A DNA stretch of 64,000 nt from NCBI GenBank assembly GCA_963794325.1, contig CAWCDG010000004.1:800001-864000 (forward strand), read 5' to 3'. The stretch comes from an uncultured delta proteobacterium (GTDB taxonomy: Bacteria; Desulfobacterota; Binatia; Binatales; Binataceae). Positions within the stretch are counted from its first letter, which is position 1. The number at the start of each line of letters is the position of its first letter. The notes below the pieces were generated by a model, which had not been told where the DNA came from, searched no databases, and was given only the letters and a program-made list of their open reading frames with translations. Positions 56,833 through 64,000 of the stretch are shown here, in pieces. Made by a program: the position numbers and the translations under genes.

Positions 56833-57474
56833 ATGCATATGGCGCGAAAACCGCAAACGAACCCAAGAAAATCAGCCTCTCAGGAGCGATCACGTTCAAC
56901 TGTCGATGCGCTTTTGGAAGCGACTGCTCGTATTTTGGTGAAAGAAGGCTACGACCGAGCGAGCACTAACAGGATTGCCGAAGTGGCGGGGGTCAGTATC
57001 GGTTCGTTGTACCAGTACTTCCCGAGCAAGGAGGCGCTGGTAGCGGCTGTTATTGACCGCCATACACAAGAAGTTTCGGCGGTTACCCGCAACGCCCTGG
57101 TCAAGATGGCAGCGCGTCCAATCGAGGTCGCGGCGCGCGAATTTGTTTCGGTTGCAATCGACGCGCACCGCGTCAATCCCAAGCTTCATGGCGTCCTTGC
57201 CGAACAGATCCCACGTGTCGGGCGGCTCGAAAATCTCGAGGCTAATGTCCGGGAGGGTTATGCACTGGTCCGGGGCTACCTCGAGGCACATCGCGATGAG
57301 ATCGACGTCGCCGACCTCGATCTCGCGGCCTTCGTCTTAGTGACGATAGTGGAGGCGCTGACACACGCCGCAGTCCTGCGTCGCCCGGACATCCTCGCCG
57401 ATGGGAAAGCACGATACTTTGTGGACGACGTAACGCGCCTGGTGGTCCGGTACCTGCGCACGTCGCGCCCTTGA
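56833..57474 (+). CDS. TetR-family transcriptional regulator
   Basis: Q.RSR.TV..LLEAT...STNRIAEVAGVSIGSLYQYFPSKE. Confidence 0.95.
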   Translation: MHMARKPQTNPRKSASQERSRSTVDALLEATARILVKEGYDRASTNRIAEVAGVSIGSLYQYFPSKEALVAAVIDRHTQEVSAVTRNALVKMAARPIEVAAREFVSVAIDAHRVNPKLHGVLAEQIPRVGRLENLEANVREGYALVRGYLEAHRDEIDVADLDLAAFVLVTIVEALTHAAVLRRPDILADGKARYFVDDVTRLVVRYLRTSRP

Positions 57475-57543
57475 CAGCATTCGAATTCGGCGGTCCAATA
57501 GAAATTGGGACGGTAGAATGTTTCGCGTTGCGCGGGGAAATGC

Positions 57544-57897
57544 ATGCGCACGGAAAAAAATAATATTCGGCGCTCCCTTTGCCTGACGCTAGCCGCACTA
57601 TTCTGTGCGGTGTCGGTTTCGCAATCTACCAGGCCATTTGCCGCGCTTGCCCTATCGAGTACGCATAGCATCGTGATTCACTATCAGAAGCTTGCGCGAT
57701 ACGCCGTCGAGGAAGTCGGCAGCGAGCCAATCGAACCCAGCATCAGCAGCTTCATGACGGTCTCACTCGTGGTAGCTGAGCCCGAACCAAAATTTGCGGC
57801 CACCAGCAAGATCAATGAGGCCGACGTCACCGAGTGGCCCTACAAATGCCTCTTTCACCGGCGAACGCTCCCGCCGTCACCTGACGACGGCATCTAG
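57544..57897 (+). CDS. Small exported protein, possible leader/arrest peptide
   Basis: Signal-like N-terminus; C-terminus FHRRTLPPSPDDGI. Confidence 0.55.
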   Translation: MRTEKNNIRRSLCLTLAALFCAVSVSQSTRPFAALALSSTHSIVIHYQKLARYAVEEVGSEPIEPSISSFMTVSLVVAEPEPKFAATSKINEADVTEWPYKCLFHRRTLPPSPDDGI

Positions 57898-57915
57898 TCT
57901 CCACAATCGAATTCT

Positions 57916-58042
57916 CAGGATTCGCGCCTAACCAGCGGTCCAGCATCGTCACCGACAGAGTTGTGGCGATGGCTCTTGGGTGCGCGAGTCCCTGTTATTC
58001 GGCAGCGCCACTCACCGCAGGCAATTTAAGCGGTGCTCCGAA
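57916..58042 (+). promoter_or_regulatory. Structured leader (two long hairpins) upstream of DUF1329
   Basis: CAGGATTCGCGC/GCGCGAGTCCCTG with inner CATCGTCAC/GTGGCGATG; TTCGGCAGCGCCACT/AGCGGTGCTCCGAA. Confidence 0.5.
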
Positions 58043-58069
58043 CCTATAGCTACCTAGAGGAGGTCTTAC

Positions 58070-59404
58070 ATGTTTCCGATGAAGCGAACTAAGTGTCAGC
58101 TATATGCAATCGTCCCGGTGGTCTTTGTTCTGACTTTTCTAACCGCTTCCCTCGCACTGGCTCAGGTTAAGCCCGGCGACGTCATCACGCCGGAAAATGC
58201 TTACAAGGTCAAAAACCTCGTCTCCCCAGGGGTTTTCTACAAAGTCCAGCAGGGGATGCAGATGAAAATCGCGCCCTCCGATCGCGTCAATTGGCCGCCG
58301 CCTTACAAGGACGCAACCGAGAAATATTCTGCGCAGGTCCGGCTCTCGCCAGATGGGCGCACGGTTGAGAACTATGTGGCCGGCCAGCCGTTTCCATTCC
58401 TCGATCCCAATGATCCGAGGGTTGCAACCAAGATCATATGGAACAACGTATTTCGGCCGCTTCAGACCGATGACTACGATCTGCGTTACTTCGCCTGTGA
58501 AAATGTGCGGAGCGGGCGCAATGTCCCATACCGGGTACTCGATGAGATCGATGTAGGTCACTACGCCGGCTACAACGAGATTGGACGGACCGAGGTCGAG
58601 CCAATGCCGATCGATCCAGACTTCAAGAAGACCGGGCGCTACTGGCTGTTCGGGCTCTACCCGATTATGGCGCCGGAAGGTATGCGCGGCGCCGGCTTTC
58701 TGCGCTACCGCTATGCCGATCCGAAAAAGTCCGATGACATATGGTCGTGGAATACCGGCTCGCGGAGGCTGCGCCGTCTGGACGAAGGCATCATGAGCGA
58801 CGCAGTTACCGGGTCGGGGACGCCGAGCGAGGGTGCCGGGAATATCGTGGTGTTCGATCCGGATCACTATTCCGGCTTCAACGCCAAAGTGGAGGAGTAC
58901 AACTATCGCTTCCTGGGTTCGAAGACCATGCTCGGCGTGGTCCACGCGGTCCATTCCCCCGAAATAACCTGCCCGACAGACGGCGGAGGCAGCGCGTGTC
59001 CAGAGAATTGGGAGACGCGCCAAATGTACATCGTGGAAGCTACCCCCAGGCGTCATTCAAACAACTCGCAGGCACTGCAATCGCGGACCGTGCTCTACAT
59101 AGACAGCGAAGTATGGTTCCCGCTTTACGAGGACGCATACGATCAACAGGGTCAGCTGTGGCAGGACCACATCTACTGGCTGACTTATCGTGATCGGCCG
59201 GTGCCTGATGCGCGAGTAGCGATCTATCCATTCAAGCGCTCGTTCGTCGTAGGAGCGGCAGCCACCGATACGCAAACCGGAATGTCGGCGATGTGCTACC
59301 TGCCAAGTCGCAACACTCCGGAAAAGGAATGCTGGTATATCAATATGGGCGCGGTGGACCGTAACTTCTTCGACCCTGACGCGATGGTAAGAGCGGCTCC
59401 GTAA
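58070..59404 (+). CDS. DUF1329 domain protein (LolA-like periplasmic)
   Basis: KPGDVIT..N, NYVAG.PFP, KIIWN, DD.W....RRLRR, W..R..Y.VEATP, YID.E; GAGGAGG RBS. Confidence 0.88.
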   Translation: MFPMKRTKCQLYAIVPVVFVLTFLTASLALAQVKPGDVITPENAYKVKNLVSPGVFYKVQQGMQMKIAPSDRVNWPPPYKDATEKYSAQVRLSPDGRTVENYVAGQPFPFLDPNDPRVATKIIWNNVFRPLQTDDYDLRYFACENVRSGRNVPYRVLDEIDVGHYAGYNEIGRTEVEPMPIDPDFKKTGRYWLFGLYPIMAPEGMRGAGFLRYRYADPKKSDDIWSWNTGSRRLRRLDEGIMSDAVTGSGTPSEGAGNIVVFDPDHYSGFNAKVEEYNYRFLGSKTMLGVVHAVHSPEITCPTDGGGSACPENWETRQMYIVEATPRRHSNNSQALQSRTVLYIDSEVWFPLYEDAYDQQGQLWQDHIYWLTYRDRPVPDARVAIYPFKRSFVVGAAATDTQTGMSAMCYLPSRNTPEKECWYINMGAVDRNFFDPDAMVRAAP

Positions 59405-59468
59405 CCAGTCCTTCCGCGAGCCTGCAACGGGGCTGGCGTGCCACGAGGGCAAGCCAGCCCCGACGACC

Positions 59469-59919
59469 TCAAACAGACGCCGAGGTTGGATCCGTGTGGT
59501 GTAATACGAGCACCGGACAATGAGCTTCGCGAATGACATGCTCTGTGACACTGCCCAAAACGAAATGCTCGAGTCCGTGGCGCCCGTGGGTAACCATTAC
59601 GATCAAGTCTACTCCTAGCTCGTGAGCCGCCCGCACAATATCAGTATCAGGCACACCTGTTCTGACATCGATAACATTGCCCTTGGTCCTTGAGGGTGTT
59701 CTGGACAATTAATTCGAGCTTGGCTCTGGCTTCTTTCACCCAGCGCGGATCGGCATCAAACGGAAGCGGAACGTCCATATCGTGGGTAGGCACTCTGGCA
59801 ATGTGCAATACGTAGAGCGTTGCGTTGCTTTCCTTTGCCAACGTGCTCGACAAAAGCAATGCGGCCGTTGAATTTCCATCGAACTCGAACGCACACAATA
59901 TCTTGTTGTATTTGAGCAT
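59469..59919 (-). pseudogene. Universal stress protein with frameshift
   Basis: N-half KIL..F..S..AL and C-half DLIVM.THGR.G...LGSVTE.V...A.CPVLV are in different frames; shift at about 59677; length 451 = 3n+1. Confidence 0.85.
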
Positions 59920-59986
59920 TGCTTTCCCTGAGATATGGAGCTTCATTGAATTCAGCTCCGAATCGCCATCTTCAGGCTGTTGCAGC

Positions 59987-61417
59987 TTAGAATTCCGCTA
60001 ATGATCGACCGGTCGCTCTATCAACCGCCGCCTTGGTGACCGAGAAGCCATATAGGGCGTCGGCGTACGCTGCATCGTCTGCGGTATAGCTTCGTTGCGC
60101 ATCTTCCAATTCGATAATACTTGTTAGGCCCGCTTCATAGCGCTTCTCCGCCAATTCCAGTTCCGCGCGCGAAGCTGCAAGCGTCTTTTCCGCGCGCGAG
60201 ATGCGTTCAATAGAAGCTTGCCAATTGAGAAACGAAGTATGAACCTGCAGAATTACTTCTTGCCGCAGGTCTTCGATCGCGCGAAGGATCGCGTGTTGGC
60301 GAAACCTGGTCTCCGCAATTTGATCAGTGGTAAGAAAGCTGTTGAAGATTGGCCAGGTGATAACTATCCCGGCGTTGAAATTATTTGCGGCAGGAGTAGC
60401 AGTCCCCAGTGCCGAGTATCCCGCAACTGCGTTGACGCTGGGATAGTAGTCACTCTTGTACTGAACGATCCTGGCTCCCATAGCTTTCGCCTGATCGTCG
60501 AGCGCAATCAAATCAGGCCTGCTTCGGAAAGCCGTCTCGAGCAAAGAATTTACTGATTCGGTGATCGGATGGTAGGTTAAAATATCTGCTAGTTCGTACG
60601 CCGGCGCTGAGTCACTGAGACCCAATGCGTTGTCGAGCGCGACCTTGGCGTCTTCGTCGCCGTTACGCGCATCGACGAGATGCAACTGAGCCCGCTGCAC
60701 CTCGGCTTCCGTGACATAGGTATCGAGTTGCGGCCTGAGACCGGCGTTAGCCTTAACCTGAGCCTCATGGTTGTGATATTGACGCTGCTCGAGTGCTTTC
60801 TCGTACACCGCGATCATTCGCTTCGCCTCTAGCACCGTGAAGTACCGTTGGGACACTTCGAATATCAGATCAAGCTCGGTAAGCTGTTGATCGGCAGCCG
60901 CTGCAGCGGCCTCAAACTGGCGTTCCGAAACGAAACCATGCCGGCGGCCGAAGTCGACAAGAAACTGGGACAGCATCACACCTCCCATGTAGTTATTGCT
61001 GGTGTCCCAACTCTGCGACGTATCATTTGCAGGCAAGTTGTGATTCGTTCCACTTATTCGCGGAAGAGCACCATCCGGGTTGTAGTAGCTCGTGTTGCCA
61101 ATGCCATTGTCGGTGCTGCGCAGATATTGTGTGGCGCCAAATAGCTGTGGTCCTAAGTATGATCGCGCCTGCCCGATCTGCTGCTTCGCGGCACTGGTGT
61201 TGTCCGCGGCTTCCTGGAGTCTCGGATGATATTTCAGAGCGATCTGGATCGCCTCCTTGAGCGTCAACTGGGATCCTGGCGATATTGGCGCCGCTACTTG
61301 CGGTTCACCACTTGGTACGGACGTAGGATTAGCCGCGCCAGCGATTCGATGCGTCCAGAGAAGCGCGCATGAGAGAAGAACCAGGATTCGCGCAGATTCC
61401 ATTGTTAACCTACCCAC
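59987..61417 (-). CDS. TolC-family outer-membrane efflux protein
   Basis: LTLKEAI..AL..HP, RPDL, RYEAGL....EL.DAQ. Confidence 0.92.
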   Translation of the reverse strand: MGRLTMESARILVLLSCALLWTHRIAGAANPTSVPSGEPQVAAPISPGSQLTLKEAIQIALKYHPRLQEAADNTSAAKQQIGQARSYLGPQLFGATQYLRSTDNGIGNTSYYNPDGALPRISGTNHNLPANDTSQSWDTSNNYMGGVMLSQFLVDFGRRHGFVSERQFEAAAAAADQQLTELDLIFEVSQRYFTVLEAKRMIAVYEKALEQRQYHNHEAQVKANAGLRPQLDTYVTEAEVQRAQLHLVDARNGDEDAKVALDNALGLSDSAPAYELADILTYHPITESVNSLLETAFRSRPDLIALDDQAKAMGARIVQYKSDYYPSVNAVAGYSALGTATPAANNFNAGIVITWPIFNSFLTTDQIAETRFRQHAILRAIEDLRQEVILQVHTSFLNWQASIERISRAEKTLAASRAELELAEKRYEAGLTSIIELEDAQRSYTADDAAYADALYGFSVTKAAVDRATGRSLAEF

Positions 61418-61453
61418 CTGTTTCGCAATCGATTTGATGCTTGGTATCGTCAG

Positions 61454-61698
61454 TCAGTCAGAACTTTGCGCCAATGATGTTGCCTTGACGTTTTCATTCT
61501 GTGCCCGACAATCAACCTGCTGTCCCGGAGTAAAAGAACAGTTGTAGGTCGTGACTACCAGCGAGTTTGGCGCCAGGCCCGACGTTACATCTAAATAAGC
61601 GCATTGTTGATCCCGAGCGCCCCGTCAAATTGCGGAGTGGCTACAGTCAGTAGGCAACCCGCAAATACAATTGCAGCTCTGATATTCGATACTCGCAT
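61454..61698 (-). pseudogene. Remnant of a second RND membrane-fusion protein gene
   Basis: Signal-like MRVSNIRAAIVFAGCLL joined out of frame to LDVTSGLAPNSLVV...PGQQV, which resembles the C-terminus of the upstream MFP (EIVSGLSGNEEVV). Confidence 0.55.
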
Positions 61699-61714
61699 AG
61701 TTTTGCTCCGGCAC

Positions 61715-62857
61715 TCACGGGGTTTCCGCAACCATGTTCGATCGTTCATCAGGCTGTGGCGTCTGCTGCACGATATTGACTACTTCGTCGGGGACGATTG
61801 AAGGATCCAGGGCGGTCACTACTTCTTCATTGCCGCTTAGACCGCTGACAATCTCGGCGCTCTTGCCGTTGTTGATTCCGACCGTTACCTCCTGTCTCCG
61901 CAGCTTCCCGCCCTCCGCGACCATTACGTACTTCCCATCGGGCGAATCGCCAATCGCAGACTCGGGTAGCTCGATCGCGTCGCGATGCCGCTCGAGTTCG
62001 AGCGTCACATTCGCGTACATCCCGGGGTAAAGCTCATGCCGGGGGTTCTTCAAATCGATCTCCGACAGCATAGTGCGCGTTCCGAGATCGAGAGAATTTG
62101 AATAGCGGGCGACCGATCCCTCGAAAGAGCGTCCCGGCAGGTCCTGGAGCGTCAGCTTCGCGGGCATCCCGCGTTTGATCGATGCGATTTCGCCCTGTGG
62201 CACATAGACATACGTGCGCATCGTGTCGATCATCGCGAGACTCAGGACAGGTGAAGTGCCGCCGCTCGGATGCGCCGAACCCTGATCCGGAGAGGCAGTC
62301 GTTTGCTCTCCGCCGGATTTGATCAAAGCGCCCGGATCGACAAAGCGGCCCGTGATTACTCCGGCGAAGGGCGCGACGATCCTGGTGTACGAGACCATCG
62401 CACCGAGCTCGTCCATTTGTGCTTTCGCTTCAAGGTACTTGCCCTGAGCGATATCGACATCTTGGCGCGCGACCAGCCTCGGATCGCTTTTCCAGACTTG
62501 CTCGAGGCGCTGATAGGTCAGGTGCTGAACTTCCAGATCGGCGCGCGCGCGTGCGACCCGCTCTTGAAGCTCGGGCACCTCGATTACTGCAAGGACCTGT
62601 CCTTCTTTTACCCAGTCGCCCTTATCAACTGAGATACTCTTCAAATAGCCAGTTACCTTTGCGTACAGAGTTGACTGGTATAGTCCGACCAAATCTCCAG
62701 GCAGCGTGATCGATCGGATCATGTCGCCGCGCTGCGGCCGAACTACCACAACCGTGCGTCGCGAATCGCTCGGCGCATCATTGTGTGCGCGCGAACATCC
62801 ACTCACCGCCACTAACATGCAAACGGCCGCGATTGTGCGGCAGACGAATTTGTTCAC
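61715..62857 (-). CDS. RND efflux periplasmic adaptor (MFP) lipoprotein
   Basis: VSGC lipobox, VDKGD.VKEG, I.APF.G.I, L.PGMY; GTG start overlaps the RND stop. Confidence 0.92.
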   Translation of the reverse strand: MNKFVCRTIAAVCMLVAVSGCSRAHNDAPSDSRRTVVVVRPQRGDMIRSITLPGDLVGLYQSTLYAKVTGYLKSISVDKGDWVKEGQVLAVIEVPELQERVARARADLEVQHLTYQRLEQVWKSDPRLVARQDVDIAQGKYLEAKAQMDELGAMVSYTRIVAPFAGVITGRFVDPGALIKSGGEQTTASPDQGSAHPSGGTSPVLSLAMIDTMRTYVYVPQGEIASIKRGMPAKLTLQDLPGRSFEGSVARYSNSLDLGTRTMLSEIDLKNPRHELYPGMYANVTLELERHRDAIELPESAIGDSPDGKYVMVAEGGKLRRQEVTVGINNGKSAEIVSGLSGNEEVVTALDPSIVPDEVVNIVQQTPQPDERSNMVAETP

Positions 62858-64000
62858 TTCGATACCTGCTGATGACGGCTGTAAAACATTTCGTAGAGCG
62901 CGGGGACCAGGAACAGCGTCAACACTGTGGAGACCGCGAGTCCTCCTGCGGCAGCGCGCGCTAGCGGGGCGGAAGCTTCGGACCCGGCCCCAAGCTTCAG
63001 CGCCATCGGCATCAGGCCCACCACGGTCGCCAGCGTGGTCATCAGAATCGGGCGCATCCGGATTTTCGCCGACTCGATGACTGCCTGGCGCAGTTCCTGG
63101 CCGCCGCGGAAGCGGCGGTTGGCGAAATCCACCAGCAGGATCGCGTTGGACACGACGATCCCAACCATCGCGATGATTCCCATGAACGATTCGATGTTGA
63201 GCGTCGTGCCGGTGAGGTAGAGCGTCCACACGACGCCGATCAGACCCATCGGCACCGCGAACATTATGATGAAGGGGTCGAGGAACGATCGGAACTGCGC
63301 CACCATCACGAGGTAGAGCAGCACCACCGCCATCGCGAGGCCGTAGCCGAAGCTCGAAAACGATCGTTGCATCGATTCGACCGACCCGCGATATGCGATT
63401 TGTGTTCCCGCCGGCAATTCGAGATCGCCCAGTGCCTTTCGCACCGCCGTCAACGTACCGCCCATGTCGTCAGTGCGCGGCGCGACCAGCACATCGACGA
63501 CGCGTTGGATGTTGAAGTGGTCCGCCTCGGCCGGATGATTCTCGCGGGTAATCGTCGCGACGTTGCGCAGCAGCAGCGCGTCTGCACGCGAATGGTCGCC
63601 GTCGCTGCTTCGCACTGGGATGTCGCGTAGCGTATCGAGTGAATTGATCTTGTCTTCGTCGTATTGCGCGGTCAGGAAGTAGTCATTGCCCGATTTCGGA
63701 TCGATCCAGATTGACGGCGCGATCATCTGATTCGATGTGAGCGCGGTGATCACGTTGGTCACGACGTCACGTTGATTGAGACCCAGCCGCGCGGCTTTCA
63801 CCCGGTCGACGTTGATCTTGAGGGTAGGATAGTTCGATTCCTCGGGAATGAACGTGCCGGCGACTTCCGGCAAGCCTTTCACGCGCGCGTCGACTTTGCG
63901 CGACAGATCGAAAAGCTCGGCGTAGTGGCGGCCGCTCACCTGTATATCAATCGGCGCCGCCAGTCCGAAATTAAGGACCGAGTCGATGATGCTGCCCGAT
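62854..64000 (-). CDS. RND efflux permease AcrB-like (partial; 5' end outside window)
   Basis: QF.SF.DP, GIVVSNAILLVDF, RMRPILMT, PLARA..GGL. Confidence 0.95.
   Translation of the reverse strand, partial: SGSIIDSVLNFGLAAPIDIQVSGRHYAELFDLSRKVDARVKGLPEVAGTFIPEESNYPTLKINVDRVKAARLGLNQRDVVTNVITALTSNQMIAPSIWIDPKSGNDYFLTAQYDEDKINSLDTLRDIPVRSSDGDHSRADALLLRNVATITRENHPAEADHFNIQRVVDVLVAPRTDDMGGTLTAVRKALGDLELPAGTQIAYRGSVESMQRSFSSFGYGLAMAVVLLYLVMVAQFRSFLDPFIIMFAVPMGLIGVVWTLYLTGTTLNIESFMGIIAMVGIVVSNAILLVDFANRRFRGGQELRQAVIESAKIRMRPILMTTLATVVGLMPMALKLGAGSEASAPLARAAAGGLAVSTVLTLFLVPALYEMFYSRHQQVSK

Noticed and set aside
43125-63229. Long N-terminal extensions and antisense ORFs in the ORF track (e.g. 43125-45074, 46068-47696, 47745-49202, 61715-63229, 46179-47192)
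   Set aside because: Arg/Ala-rich shadow frames typical of high-GC DNA overlapping well-supported genes; starts were trimmed to RBS- or overlap-supported codons.

Overview
High-GC bacterial chromosomal window. The protein families suggest a soil Binatota/Deltaproteobacteria-like organism; this is an inference, not demonstrated. From left to right it has six blocks. (1) Two lipoproteins, a methyltransferase, a cluster of REP-like palindromes, an HxlR + molybdopterin oxidoreductase pair and tRNA-Sec (selC). (2) A PAS-PAS sigma54 activator with a clear UAS / IHF-like / -24/-12 promoter ahead of an uncharacterised operon: ycaC, amidohydrolase, two XapX proteins, porin, VOC protein, MFS. (3) A decaying fumC - malic enzyme - poxB - cydAB operon. 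(4) A STAND-like AAA/TPR regulator and small secreted proteins. (5) A ~26 kb Wzx/Wzy exopolysaccharide locus with a WbpB/D/E-like diacetamido-sugar pathway, many tailoring enzymes, two divergent NamH/CMAH-like metallo-beta-lactamase-fold paralogs, a Crp-family regulator with a matching CooA-type box, and three excisionase/BldC-like HTH genes at its head. (6) TetR/hydrolase, a putative leader peptide + DUF1329 gene, and a partly decayed RND efflux operon. The best candidates for new biology are possible N-glycolylation of the EPS by the NamH-like pair, the Xis/BldC-like EPS regulatory module with a shared AT-rich motif, the sigma54 ycaC/XapX operon, and the putative arrest-peptide leader of DUF1329. 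No CRISPR, rRNA, integrase or transposase was seen.
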